A DNA stretch of 64,000 nucleotides from Candidatus Latescibacterota bacterium. GTDB lineage: Bacteria; Latescibacterota; UBA2968; UBA8231. Both the position numbers and the translations under genes were made by a program. Below, one piece after another: positions 18,518 to 28,020 of the stretch. The stretch spans positions 256,001 to 320,000 of the forward strand of contig OZ252098.1 of assembly GCA_965248355.1 (NCBI GenBank), written 5' to 3'. A model generated the notes under the pieces. That model did not search any database. It was not told where the DNA came from and was given only the letters and a program-made list of their open reading frames with translations. The first letter of the stretch is position 1. Each line of letters opens with the position of its first letter.

Positions 18518-19161
18518 AAAGCGTAGCCCAGGGCCAGCTGTCCTCCCGTTGCGGACCCCTTCAGAGCGCCCAGGTGCAAGTGGAGCGCCTTGCCGTACTT
18601 GAACCGCACCCGGTCGCGCTTCTCCTCGATCACCTGGATCCCGTGGGCGAAGTCGTAGACGTAGTCAGCCGCCAGAGTGAGGGCGCCGAGAAGGATCAGC
18701 GCGCCTCCCGGCAGGAAGCCGGGCTCCCGTTTCTGCTCGCGCAGGCGGTATTGGGTGGTCGTGCCGTCGATCTCCACGGGGATCTTCTCGTACCGGCGTT
18801 CGCGGTCCCCGTCCTCGGGGTTGAGCACCAGGAGCTCGAAGTCCGACTCGGGAAAATCGCCCTCGCCCAGCAGGGCCGCGCCCGCCACGATCGAGACCGC
18901 CCCCAGCAGGCCGGTGGTCAGCAGCCGCTTGCCGGTCCGGGGCTCGCCCGCGTAGAAGTGCATCATTCCCGGCACCGGGATGGCGCTCAGGGCCAGGCCC
19001 ACGGAGAGGCGGCGGTTCATGTCCCGGTACTCCTCCCAGGTCATGCCCTTGGGCAGGGGCACCAGCGGGACCTCGGTCAGGTCGTCCTGGGCATGCGCGC
19101 CCATCGGTGAGAGAAGGGCCAGGGAGAGCCCCGTGAGCCAGCACGGCAGATACTTCCTCAT
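18514..19161 (-). CDS. Hypothetical exported/membrane protein
   Basis: Signal peptide ending AHA; IPVPGMMHFYAG (PG.xHFY.G-type motif); hydrophobic segments; AAAGGA upstream. Confidence 0.7.
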   Translation of the reverse strand: MRKYLPCWLTGLSLALLSPMGAHAQDDLTEVPLVPLPKGMTWEEYRDMNRRLSVGLALSAIPVPGMMHFYAGEPRTGKRLLTTGLLGAVSIVAGAALLGEGDFPESDFELLVLNPEDGDRERRYEKIPVEIDGTTTQYRLREQKREPGFLPGGALILLGALTLAADYVYDFAHGIQVIEEKRDRVRFKYGKALHLHLGALKGSATGGQLALGYAF

Positions 19162-19204
19162 CGGGTCGATCCGTCCTTTCTGATGGGTTGGTCAGGCGGT
19201 GAGG

Positions 19205-19747
19205 TCAGAATTTCCGCTTGTAGAAGAACCTCATGACATCGTCCTCGCCAAGAAGTTCGTTGTAGAACTCGTAGGCTTGGGCGTCGAAGTCATCCATCTG
19301 TCTCGAGAGGGACAGCAAACTCTCCCTGGTGAGGATCAGCGTCAGGTCGTCCCCGTCCAGGAAGTACTTCCACCGCTCGACGGTGCCGTCTTCCTCGGTG
19401 GAGATCAAGACGTCGTCATCGATGCGCCAGGTGCCCTTGTGGCCGCTGTCGTCCTCCCAGGTCCTGTCCGGATTGAAGCGAAGGCTGTATCGCCAAGCGC
19501 GGAGACCCTCCTCGGAACGTGCGAAGGCCTCGTCGACAATCGCCTCGGCGTCCGGGAGGCTCATTCCCTGCTCGGCGGCGTACTCGATGAACCGTCCGGC
19601 GAGGACCTCGACGAGATCCGTCCCCTCGAAGATCCAGGTTCCTACGAGTTCAGCCTCGGGCCCCGTAGGCCCCTTGTCGTCGCCGCAGCCGGTCATCCCC
19701 ACCGTGGCCAGGATGATGGCGATGCTCGCCGTCGTCAGCACCTTCAC
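19205..19747 (-). CDS. Lipocalin-like lipoprotein
   Basis: Lipobox MTGC followed by ELVGTW and later GTW...Y.LDGDDLTL. GTG overlaps the PhyH stop. Confidence 0.65.
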   Translation of the reverse strand: MKVLTTASIAIILATVGMTGCGDDKGPTGPEAELVGTWIFEGTDLVEVLAGRFIEYAAEQGMSLPDAEAIVDEAFARSEEGLRAWRYSLRFNPDRTWEDDSGHKGTWRIDDDVLISTEEDGTVERWKYFLDGDDLTLILTRESLLSLSRQMDDFDAQAYEFYNELLGEDDVMRFFYKRKF

Positions 19748-20610
19748 GATTCGGCTTCCCTGCTCGGGACGAACTCGCCCTCCGGCCTCGGGTGGTGTTG
19801 CCAGTGGCCGCCGGGGTCCGTTCCGCGGCAGAGGATGGCGCCCCGGTTCCAGCCCTTGTGGGCGCGCACCTCGGGCGGCACGAAGCGCATCGTCAGGCCG
19901 CAGCGCCGGCGGTCGGACAGGTTCGGCATCGATCCGTGCAGCAGGAGGTCGGTGTGCAGGGACATCTGCCCTGCCCGCATGACGAACGATACCGGGGCGC
20001 CGCCGTAGCGGGCGGGATCGAGGACGGTCTGGTTGAGGACGTTGTTCTCGCCGGCCTCGCTGCGGTGAAAGGGAATCTGCCCGTGCAGGTGGGAGCGCGG
20101 CACCACGGCCATGGCGCCGTTGTCCTCGTCGGCGTCGTCGATGGCCAGCCACACGGTGACCGTGCGGCTCGGGGTCAGGGGCCAGTACGAGGCGTCCTGG
20201 TGCCAGCTGACCTGGCGCTCGTCCCCGGGCAGCTTGCAGAAGAAGTGCGCCCCCCAGCAGATCAGGTCCTGCCCGAGCAGGTCCTGCACGTAGTCGAGGA
20301 TGCGCGGCTCCGTGATCAGGTCCCACAGGCCGGCGCAGTGGCGCTGCCAGCCGTTGATGGAGTAGGCGTCCCATCCGGCGGCGGCGGCCCGGTCCATCAG
20401 GTCGTCGAAGTAGGCCCGGTTGGCCTCGGCCTCGGCGGGGGTGAACACGTCCAGGGGGAAGACGAACCCCAGCTCGTCGTACTGCCTGAGCTGTGCGGTC
20501 GTCAGGAAGCGGGGCCGGTCGTGATGGACGGGGTAGAACCGCAAGTCGCGGTCGACCTCCGGCATGGCGTCGGTGATGGAGCCTTCTCGGCTGCCCGGGG
20601 GATTCGTCAT
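19744..20610 (-). CDS. Phytanoyl-CoA dioxygenase (PhyH) family Fe(II)/2-oxoglutarate oxygenase
   Basis: WHQDASYW (HxD), VWLAIDDA..NG.M..VPRSH, LLHGS.PN.S..RR. Confidence 0.9.
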   Translation of the reverse strand: MTNPPGSREGSITDAMPEVDRDLRFYPVHHDRPRFLTTAQLRQYDELGFVFPLDVFTPAEAEANRAYFDDLMDRAAAAGWDAYSINGWQRHCAGLWDLITEPRILDYVQDLLGQDLICWGAHFFCKLPGDERQVSWHQDASYWPLTPSRTVTVWLAIDDADEDNGAMAVVPRSHLHGQIPFHRSEAGENNVLNQTVLDPARYGGAPVSFVMRAGQMSLHTDLLLHGSMPNLSDRRRCGLTMRFVPPEVRAHKGWNRGAILCRGTDPGGHWQHHPRPEGEFVPSREAES

Positions 20611-21848
20611 CGGCCGCCTCCCATCTCCTCCCAGACCCGACGGGCCCGGTCCATCGCCTCGGGAGTCGGCTCCCGGGCGGCCAGGATGCTCGACGGCGCC
20701 CGCGGATCTCCCCCCGGCCAGGGCGACCAGGTGTCGTCCTGGTACCGCGCTCTCTGCGCCTCGTCGCTGAAGTCCGGCACCTCGACGGGGTGTCCCTCCT
20801 GCAGGGCGCTCCGCCAGGCGAGGATGCCGACGGAGCTCATGGCCACGGCCCGGTACACGTCCAGGAAGGGCGGTCGCCCCGACCGGATCGCCCGGGCGAA
20901 GTGGAAGTTGGTCCAGAAGTCCCCGCCGCCGTGTCCGGCCCGTTCGGCCAGGTCGGCGTGCTCCGGCCACTCGGGCTGGTACGAGCGCTCGAGGGGCTCT
21001 CCGGGCCAGCGGTTCCACGGCTCGTGCCAGACGCGCACCTGGCCGGGTCCGAAGTAGCCCGGGCCGCGGGCGATCTCCATGGCCCCGCCCGTGCCGTGGA
21101 CGCGATACCAGTTGCTGTGGCCGGGCAGGGTGAGCCCGAAGATGCGGAACACGGCGCCGTCGTCCGTGCGGCACAGGATCACCGAGCCGGCGTCCCCGCG
21201 GCGCACGGAGCCGTCCTCGATCTCGGGGGCGGCGATGGACAGGCCGTTGACCATGCGGGGCACGGAGCCGGTGATGTACACCAGCGGCGCCAGGGCGTGG
21301 GTGCAGTAGTAGGTGGAGGGGATCCAGTTGCGCCAGTGATTCTCGCCGGGAGCCAGGCGCAGGCGCGCCTCGGGGGCCATGGGATGGTTGTACTCGCCCT
21401 CGGCGTAGGTCACGCGGCCGATTTCCCCGGTGCGGTAGAGCCTGCGCATCTCCTGGCTGAAGAGGGTGTAGCAGTAGTTCTCGGCGAGCATGTAGACGCG
21501 TCCCGAGCGCTCCACCGCGCGGCACAGCGCGACGCCGTCGGCGAGGGTGCCGTTGGCCGCCGTCTCGGAGAGGACGTGCTTGCCGGCCTCCAGGGCCCGC
21601 ACCGCGAAGGGCGCGTGCTCGTGGAAGTAGTTGGCCAGGATGACGGCGTCCAGGCCGCAGCCCAGGAAGGCGTCGTAGTCGGTGAAGGTGGCCACGCCGT
21701 AGGCGCGGCCCACCGTCTCCAGGCGCTCCTCCCAGACGTCGCAGATGGCCGCCAGCCTCATGCCCACGGCCTCGGTGGCCCCCTTGATGAAGCTCTCGCC
21801 GCGCCGCACCCCGACGACGCCGACCCGTATCTCCTTGTCCTGATCCAC
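20607..21848 (-). CDS. Gfo/Idh/MocA family oxidoreductase
   Basis: IRVGVVGVRRG, AGKHVLSE, YMLAENY, YYCTH, GHGGGD. GGAGG upstream of GTG 21848. Confidence 0.88.
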   Translation of the reverse strand: MDQDKEIRVGVVGVRRGESFIKGATEAVGMRLAAICDVWEERLETVGRAYGVATFTDYDAFLGCGLDAVILANYFHEHAPFAVRALEAGKHVLSETAANGTLADGVALCRAVERSGRVYMLAENYCYTLFSQEMRRLYRTGEIGRVTYAEGEYNHPMAPEARLRLAPGENHWRNWIPSTYYCTHALAPLVYITGSVPRMVNGLSIAAPEIEDGSVRRGDAGSVILCRTDDGAVFRIFGLTLPGHSNWYRVHGTGGAMEIARGPGYFGPGQVRVWHEPWNRWPGEPLERSYQPEWPEHADLAERAGHGGGDFWTNFHFARAIRSGRPPFLDVYRAVAMSSVGILAWRSALQEGHPVEVPDFSDEAQRARYQDDTWSPWPGGDPRAPSSILAAREPTPEAMDRARRVWEEMGGGR

Positions 21849-21871
21849 AGGTAGTCTGCCTCCCTCTCTCT

Positions 21872-22876
21872 TCAGTCGTAGCGGATGCGCGGGTCGAGCC
21901 AGGCGTAGAGCACGTCGGCGGCGAGGTTGATCAGGATGAAGAGCGTCGCCAGCAGCAGCACCCCGCCCTGGACGGCCCGGAAGTCCCGGGCCAGGACCGC
22001 CAGGTAGAGCCAGCGCCCGATGCCGGGCCAGGCGAAGATCGTCTCGGTGATGATGGCGCCGCCCAGAAGATACCCGAACTCCAGGGCGATCACGGTCAGG
22101 GTGGGGATGAAGGCGTTGCGCAGGGCGTGACGCACCAGGACCGTCATGGGCGCCAGGCCCTTGGCGCGGGCCGTGCGGATGTAGTCCTCGCCCATTACCT
22201 CCAGAAGGCTGGAGCGGGTCATGCGGGCGATCACGGCCAACGGGATGGTCCCCAGGGCCACCGCCGGCAGCACGAGGTGGCGCACCACGTCGCCGAGGGC
22301 CTCCAGGTCGCCGGCCAGCAGCGCGTCGAGGAGGTAGAAGCCGGTGCGCGGCTCGATGTAGACGTGGGCCGAGAGCCGGCCGGAGATGGGGAACAGGGGC
22401 AGCTCCACGGCCAGCACGAGGATGAGGATGAGAGCCAGCCAGAACACGGGCATGGAGATGCCGGCGGTGGCCGCGGTCATGCTCAGGTGATCGACCAGGC
22501 CGCCGCGGCGGACGGCGGCCGCCATGCCGAGGCCGAGGCCGCCGGCGATGGCGAAGCACATGGCCGCCAGGGTCAGCTCGCAGGTGGCCGGAAAGCGGTC
22601 GAAGATCTCCACCGTGATCAGCTCGTGGGTGCGGAAGGACCGGCCCAGGTCGCCGCGCAGGAGATCGGCGAAGAACCGGCCGAGCTGCACGTGGAAGGGC
22701 TGGTCGAGGCCGAGCTCCTGGCGCAGCGCCGCCAGGGTCTCGGCGTTGGCGCGCTCGCCGAGCATCACCTGGGCGGGGTCCCCCGGGACCAGGTAGATCA
22801 TCAGGAACACGAGGACCGAGATCCCGAGCACCGTCGGGACCAGGAGGGCCAGGCGCCGCAGGATGAAGGCGGTCAC
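21872..22876 (-). CDS. dppB: Dipeptide ABC permease (DppB/OppB)
   Basis: VPGDPA, GDLGRS, SMPVFW, DYIRTARAKGL, ETIFAWPGIG, LDPRIRY. Confidence 0.92.
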   Translation of the reverse strand: MTAFILRRLALLVPTVLGISVLVFLMIYLVPGDPAQVMLGERANAETLAALRQELGLDQPFHVQLGRFFADLLRGDLGRSFRTHELITVEIFDRFPATCELTLAAMCFAIAGGLGLGMAAAVRRGGLVDHLSMTAATAGISMPVFWLALILILVLAVELPLFPISGRLSAHVYIEPRTGFYLLDALLAGDLEALGDVVRHLVLPAVALGTIPLAVIARMTRSSLLEVMGEDYIRTARAKGLAPMTVLVRHALRNAFIPTLTVIALEFGYLLGGAIITETIFAWPGIGRWLYLAVLARDFRAVQGGVLLLATLFILINLAADVLYAWLDPRIRYD

Positions 22877-22925
22877 GGACCCGGGTCGAGGCTGGAGCGG
22901 GCGGGTCCGGGCGCGGCCGGGCGGC

Positions 22926-24503
22926 TCACCGCGGGGCGAAGGAGACGGGCTGGAACCACTTGCTGCCGGTGGGGTGCAGGGCGAAGCCGCGCACGTCCTG
23001 GCGGAAGGCGGCCGTCTGCGTGGCGTGCACCAGCGGCACCCAGGGCGCGTCCCCGTGGACGATCTGCTGGGCCTGGCGGTAGAGCCGGGTGCGCAATACC
23101 GGGTCGACGCTGCGCCGGGCCTCGACGAGCACCTCGTGGAATTCGTCGGATCGGTAGAAGGCCACGTTCTGGGCCGGCTTCACCGCCGCCGTCTTGTCCA
23201 GCAGGACGTAGAGGAAGTTGTCGGGGTCGCCGTTGTCGCCCGTCCACCCCAGCAGGCACATGTCGTGCTGCCCGTCGAAGACCTTGTCGAGGTAGGTGGC
23301 CCACTCGGTCAGGACCAGCTCCGCCCGGATGCCCACGCGCCCCAGGTCGGCCTGCAGGGCCTGGGCGATCTTCTCCGGCTGCGGCATGTAGGGCCGCGTG
23401 GCCCGGGGCACCCACAGCTCGGTGGAGAACCCGTCGGCCAGGCCGGCCTCGGCCAGCAGCTCCCGGGCGCGCTGTGGATCGTAGGCGTAGCCGGCCACGT
23501 CGTCGTTGTAGCTCCACATGGTGGGCGGGATCGGGTTCTTGGCGGGAACGGCCAGGCCGGCGTAGAAGTTGTCCACCAGGGACTGCTTGTTGACGGCGTG
23601 GTTGACGGCGCGGCGCACCCGGAGGTCGCCGAAGGGCTCCTTGTCCAGGTTCATCGCCAGGTAGCCCACGTTCATCCCGGGCTGCGTGAGCAGCTGGATC
23701 TCCGGATCGGAGCGGATGCTCTCGATGAACTCCGGGTTGAGGTTGTCGACGCCGTGGACGTCGCCGGAGCGCAGCTCGAGAAAGCGCACGGAGGCGTCCT
23801 GGATGTACTTGAACACCAGGCGGTCGATCCGGGGAAGCTCCCCCCAGTAGCCGTCGAAGCTCTCCAGAACGATGCGCTCGTCCTTGCGCCACTCCACGAA
23901 GCGGAAGGGGCCCGTGCCCACCGGGTTCTTGAAGAAGTCGGCGCCGTGGCGCTCCACCGCCGCCGGCGAGACGATGCCGCAGAAGTTCATGCCCAGGGTG
24001 GAGAGGAAGGGGGCGTTGGCGGCGGCCAGCTCCATGACGAAGGTCGAGTCGTCGGGGGCGGACATGTGCGCGACGATGTCGTCCATGCCCATGTCCTTCC
24101 AGTACTTGTAGTTCCCGGCCGCGGGCCTGTACCGGGGATGGTCGGGGAAGAACTGGCGGCCGAGGGAGAACAGGACCGCCTGGGCGTCGAAGGGTGTGCC
24201 GTCGTGGAAGCGCACGTCCGTGCGCAGGTGGAAGGTCCAGCGCCGGCCGTCCTCGCTGACCTCCCAGCGGCGGGCCAGCTGGGGGCGGACCTGCGTCGAC
24301 TCCGGCTCGTAGGTGACCAGGGTCTCGTAGAGGTTGTCGCAGACCTTGAAGGACTCGCCGTCGTTCTCCAGGGCCGGATCGAGGCCCACCGAGTCGGCGC
24401 CGCGTCCGAAGACCAGCACCTTCGGCGCATCGGGGCCGGGGCCGCCGCCGCAGGCGGCCAACAGCAGGAGGGCGCCGAGAGCGCCCAGGCGGGAAGGGGC
24501 CAC
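22926..24503 (-). CDS. dppA: Peptide ABC substrate-binding lipoprotein (DppA-like)
   Basis: Lipobox LLAAC, FHLRTDVRFHDG, PVGTGPF, RPYMP, GWTGDNGDPDNF. Start GTG 24503. Confidence 0.9.
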   Translation of the reverse strand: MAPSRLGALGALLLLAACGGGPGPDAPKVLVFGRGADSVGLDPALENDGESFKVCDNLYETLVTYEPESTQVRPQLARRWEVSEDGRRWTFHLRTDVRFHDGTPFDAQAVLFSLGRQFFPDHPRYRPAAGNYKYWKDMGMDDIVAHMSAPDDSTFVMELAAANAPFLSTLGMNFCGIVSPAAVERHGADFFKNPVGTGPFRFVEWRKDERIVLESFDGYWGELPRIDRLVFKYIQDASVRFLELRSGDVHGVDNLNPEFIESIRSDPEIQLLTQPGMNVGYLAMNLDKEPFGDLRVRRAVNHAVNKQSLVDNFYAGLAVPAKNPIPPTMWSYNDDVAGYAYDPQRARELLAEAGLADGFSTELWVPRATRPYMPQPEKIAQALQADLGRVGIRAELVLTEWATYLDKVFDGQHDMCLLGWTGDNGDPDNFLYVLLDKTAAVKPAQNVAFYRSDEFHEVLVEARRSVDPVLRTRLYRQAQQIVHGDAPWVPLVHATQTAAFRQDVRGFALHPTGSKWFQPVSFAPR

Positions 24504-24507
24504 GGGA

Positions 24508-25500
24508 CTACTCGGAAAACGCCGCGTCGAAGGCCGCCTCGGAGGGCTCGAAGTCGACTTCCTTGACGAAGGCGCAGGCCTCGGCGGCGCCGTGCTCGCG
24601 GTCCATGCCGCCGTCCTCCCACTCCACCGACAGGGGGCCGTCGTAGTGGATCCGGTTGAGGGCGCGGATGATCTCCTCGAAGTCGATGTTGCCGCGGCCA
24701 AGGGAGCGGAAGTCCCAGTAGCGGCGCCGGTCTCCGAAGGCGGTGTGGCCGCCGAAGACGCCGGCCTCGGTGGGTATGGCCGACCAGCCAACATCCTTCA
24801 TGTGGACGTGGAAGATGCGGTCGGCGAAGCGGTGGATGAACTCCACGTAGTCGACCCCCTGGTAGCCGAGGTGGCTGGGATCGTAGTTGAACCCGAAGGC
24901 GGGATGGCCGTCGAGGGCCTCGATGGCGCGCTCGGCCGAGGCGATGTCGAAGGCGATCTCCGTGGGGTGCACCTCGAGGGCGAACTTGACCCCCGCCTGC
25001 TGGAACTCGTCGAGGATCGGGCGGAAGCGGGCTGCGAAGTCGGAGAAACCGGCGTCGATCATGTCGTCGGACGTGGGCGGGAAGGAGTAGAGCAGGTGCC
25101 AGATGGAGCTGCCCGTGAAGCCGTTGACCACCCCCACGCCGAGCCGGGCGGCGGCCCGGGCCGTGGCCACGAGCTCGGAGGCCGCCCGCTGGCGCACGCC
25201 CTCGGGGTCGCCGTCGCCCCACACGTACTCCGGCAGGATCGCCTGGTGGCGCTCGTCGATGTTGTCGCACACGGCCTGGCCCACCAGGTGGGCGGAGATC
25301 GAGAACAGCTCCAGGTCGTGCTCCTCGAGGAGGGCCCGGCGGCCCTCGCAGTAGGCGTCGTCGGCCCGGGGCACCTCGAAGTGGTCTCCCCAGCAGGCCA
25401 GCTCGAGTCCGTCGTAGCCGAAGCTGCGCGCCTTCTCGCACAGGGTCGGCGTGTCGAGGTCCGCCCACTGGCCGGTGAACAAGGTAACGGGTCTGGCCAT
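24508..25500 (-). CDS. Sugar phosphate isomerase/epimerase (xylose-isomerase-like TIM barrel)
   Basis: [34 protein letters not shown] metal ligands; GAGGA RBS. Confidence 0.88.
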   Translation of the reverse strand: MARPVTLFTGQWADLDTPTLCEKARSFGYDGLELACWGDHFEVPRADDAYCEGRRALLEEHDLELFSISAHLVGQAVCDNIDERHQAILPEYVWGDGDPEGVRQRAASELVATARAAARLGVGVVNGFTGSSIWHLLYSFPPTSDDMIDAGFSDFAARFRPILDEFQQAGVKFALEVHPTEIAFDIASAERAIEALDGHPAFGFNYDPSHLGYQGVDYVEFIHRFADRIFHVHMKDVGWSAIPTEAGVFGGHTAFGDRRRYWDFRSLGRGNIDFEEIIRALNRIHYDGPLSVEWEDGGMDREHGAAEACAFVKEVDFEPSEAAFDAAFSE

Positions 25501-25546
25501 TCTGTCCTCTCCTCTTCCGGGTTCTCCAAAGGCCCGCGCCCCGGGG

Positions 25547-26317
25547 TCAGCGCCGCGCGGACTTCATCCTTCGCAGGTCGATGTCGAAGATGCGCAGGAA
25601 GCGCCCGCCGAACTCGCCCACCACCTCCGGGATCTCGTCGTCGTCGATGTCGAGCAGGCCGATGCGCTCGCCGAAGCTCTCCGGCGACTGCCACTCCAGG
25701 TCGCGGTAGCGGGCGTCGAAGACGAAGCCGTCGTTGAGGACGATCTCCTCGGCGCCGTCGCCGTCGACGTCCCCCACCAGGAGGTCGCTGGAGGTCAGGT
25801 TGTCCTGGTCGCTGCGCCACTCCTCGAAACGGTCGCGCCCGTCGTAGATGACCAGCCGGCCATCGGCGACGAAGAGCAGTTCCAGCGGGTCGTCGTCGTC
25901 GACGTCGTGTACGGCCATGGCCGAAATGTCCCCGTAGTCGGTGGCGGGGTTGCTCCACAGGACGTGGTAGTCGCCCAGGTCGAGGAAGTGGATGCGGCCG
26001 CCCTCGGTGTAGACGAGGATCTCCCGGAGGCCGTCGAGATCGACGTCGGCCAGGATCAGGCCGGAGACGGCGCTCTCCAGGTACTCGCTGATCCAGACCT
26101 CCGCGTAGGCTCCGTCCCGGCCTTCGTAGACGTGCACGAAGCCGTGGATGTCGCCGAGGGCGAAGCGCTCCACGCCCTCCTTGCCGGGCGGCAGGGGCAG
26201 GACGCAGTCGAACTCGGCGAAGGCCCCCAGGCCGGCGATCGCCGAGACCTCCGGGCCCGAGGCGGATGTCGCCTGCAGGCCGAGGCCCAGAACAAGGGTG
26301 AGGGCTGCGCTCTTCAT
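25547..26317 (-). CDS. Secreted FG-GAP/VCBS-repeat protein
   Basis: Signal peptide; repeats [47 protein letters not shown] overlaps the larC stop. Confidence 0.75.
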   Translation of the reverse strand: MKSAALTLVLGLGLQATSASGPEVSAIAGLGAFAEFDCVLPLPPGKEGVERFALGDIHGFVHVYEGRDGAYAEVWISEYLESAVSGLILADVDLDGLREILVYTEGGRIHFLDLGDYHVLWSNPATDYGDISAMAVHDVDDDDPLELLFVADGRLVIYDGRDRFEEWRSDQDNLTSSDLLVGDVDGDGAEEIVLNDGFVFDARYRDLEWQSPESFGERIGLLDIDDDEIPEVVGEFGGRFLRIFDIDLRRMKSARR

Positions 26318-27528
26318 CCGGTATTCTCCTCGGCGGCGGAAACGGCCGCCCCGTACACGCTGAGGATCGGTACGCGGCAGCGCCGGGCCAGTCCGGCGCA
26401 GTCGTCGTACTCCGGGGCCACCCGGCGGCGCCCGTCGAGGCGGGCCACCTTCACCCGAACCGGACCGAACTCGGTCTCCACCGAGAGGGTGGAGCGCTCC
26501 AGCACGCGCCTCTCCACTTCGTAGTGGCGCACGCCGAGACTGGTGGTCTCCCCCAGGACGACCTCGGAGACCACCTCGAGGTGCTCCGGGTCGACGAGCA
26601 CGCTGAGCAGGTGGCCGGGGCGGTTCTTCTTCATCAGCACGGGGGTCACGTACAGGTCCCGGGCCCCGGCCTCGAGGAGGCGGTCGAAGAGGTAGCCGTA
26701 GACCTCGGGGTTCATGTCGTCCACGTTGGCTTCGAGCACGACGCAGCGGCGCCCGTCGCCGTCCGCCGCCGCCACGGGCTCCGACAGTCTCAGACGCACC
26801 ACGTTGGGGGCCGTTTCCAGGTCCCGGCTCCCGGCCCCGTAGCCGATGGCGGCGACACGCATGGCCGGGGCGGCGCCGAAGGTCTCGGCCAGGGTCGTGA
26901 TCAGGGCGGCGCCCGTGGGCGTCACCAGCTCGGCGGTGACCTCGGTCTGCACCAGGGGCACCCCCCGGCACAGGGCCAGCACGCCGGGGGCCGGAAGGGG
27001 GTAACGGCCGTGGGCGCACTCCACGGTGCCGGTGCCGCAGTGCAGGGCGGAGGAGTAGACGCGGGTCACGCCGAGGAGGCGCAGGCCGGCCACGGCTCCG
27101 GCGATGTCGACGACGGCATCGAGGCTGCCGGCTTCGTGGAGGCCCACGGACTCCACGTCGACGCCGTGGACCGCGGCCTCGGCCTCGGCCAGGCGGCGGA
27201 AGACCCGGCGGGACGTGGCCTTGTCCGCCTCGTCGAGATCGCTGCCGTCGATCCGGGCCAGCAGGTCCTTCAGGTGGGTGTGCGGGGCATGGCCGGGATC
27301 GAGGTGGTGCTCTCCGGCCGCGGCCGGGGTCTGCCCGTCGATCTCCACCTGCACCCGGGTGGCCTTCAGCCCGCAACGGCCGACCGTCTCGCAACGCAGG
27401 CGGCCGCCCACGCCGATCCGGTCGACCTCCTGCTGCAGCCTCCCCGGGTCGAGGCCCGCGTCGATGACGGCGCCGAGGATCATGTCGCCGCTGACGCCGG
27501 AGAGACAGTCGAAGTAGGCTGTGGTCAC
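26314..27528 (-). CDS. larC: Nickel pincer cofactor biosynthesis protein LarC
   Basis: YFDCLSGVSGDM, HE.G..D.VVD, CAHG..P.PAP, ELVTPTGAA, LEANVDD, MKKNRPG, ETTSLGVR, PEYDDC. Confidence 0.92.
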   Translation of the reverse strand: MTTAYFDCLSGVSGDMILGAVIDAGLDPGRLQQEVDRIGVGGRLRCETVGRCGLKATRVQVEIDGQTPAAAGEHHLDPGHAPHTHLKDLLARIDGSDLDEADKATSRRVFRRLAEAEAAVHGVDVESVGLHEAGSLDAVVDIAGAVAGLRLLGVTRVYSSALHCGTGTVECAHGRYPLPAPGVLALCRGVPLVQTEVTAELVTPTGAALITTLAETFGAAPAMRVAAIGYGAGSRDLETAPNVVRLRLSEPVAAADGDGRRCVVLEANVDDMNPEVYGYLFDRLLEAGARDLYVTPVLMKKNRPGHLLSVLVDPEHLEVVSEVVLGETTSLGVRHYEVERRVLERSTLSVETEFGPVRVKVARLDGRRRVAPEYDDCAGLARRCRVPILSVYGAAVSAAEENTG

Positions 27529-27941
27529 GTCTTGTCCGAGGTCCGCGAGGAGCGCCGGAACTCCGCCCGCCGGCGCTTCCAGTCCAGCTCCTCGTCGAGA
27601 TGGAAGACATCGACGAAGTCCTCGATGCAATCCTCCTCGGTCTTGCTCATCATTTCGTTGTCGACCAGGTTGAAGACGATCTCGCCGAAGTCGCGGGTCT
27701 CCCGGATCCCCCAGTCCTCGAAGACGGAGATGGCGAGGGGGCCGAATCGGTCGAGGGCGTGCTCGCTGATGCCGCATACCAGGTCGCGGCCGGACACGTG
27801 CCGCTGATCCTTGGGCAGGGAGGCCTTGCCGAGCTTTTCCACCGTGTGCTGCAAGGCCTCGTACACGAACAGGTAGGCGGCCTGCTTGTAGCGGCCGTCC
27901 CGGTGGACGATCTCTTCCAGCTTGTCGGAGCCCTCGTCCAT
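27525..27941 (-). CDS. Conserved hypothetical protein (Minf_1886 / TIGR04138-like)
   Basis: AYLFVYEAL, HVSGRDL, FGPLA..VFEDWGI..T.DFGEIVFNLV...D..EDF pattern. Confidence 0.75.
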   Translation of the reverse strand: MDEGSDKLEEIVHRDGRYKQAAYLFVYEALQHTVEKLGKASLPKDQRHVSGRDLVCGISEHALDRFGPLAISVFEDWGIRETRDFGEIVFNLVDNEMMSKTEEDCIEDFVDVFHLDEELDWKRRRAEFRRSSRTSDKT

Positions 27942-28020
27942 CTGAGGCCGGTTCCGGGTATGGAGGGGCGGTCCGGGGAGCGAGGCGGGCGGCCAAAGTC
28001 AACGGCCCCCCGCCGGGTTG

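Noticed and set aside
19744-20610. PhyH protein as a possible halogenase
   Set aside because: It keeps the HxD (HQD) carboxylate ligand of hydroxylases; halogenases have HxA or HxG.
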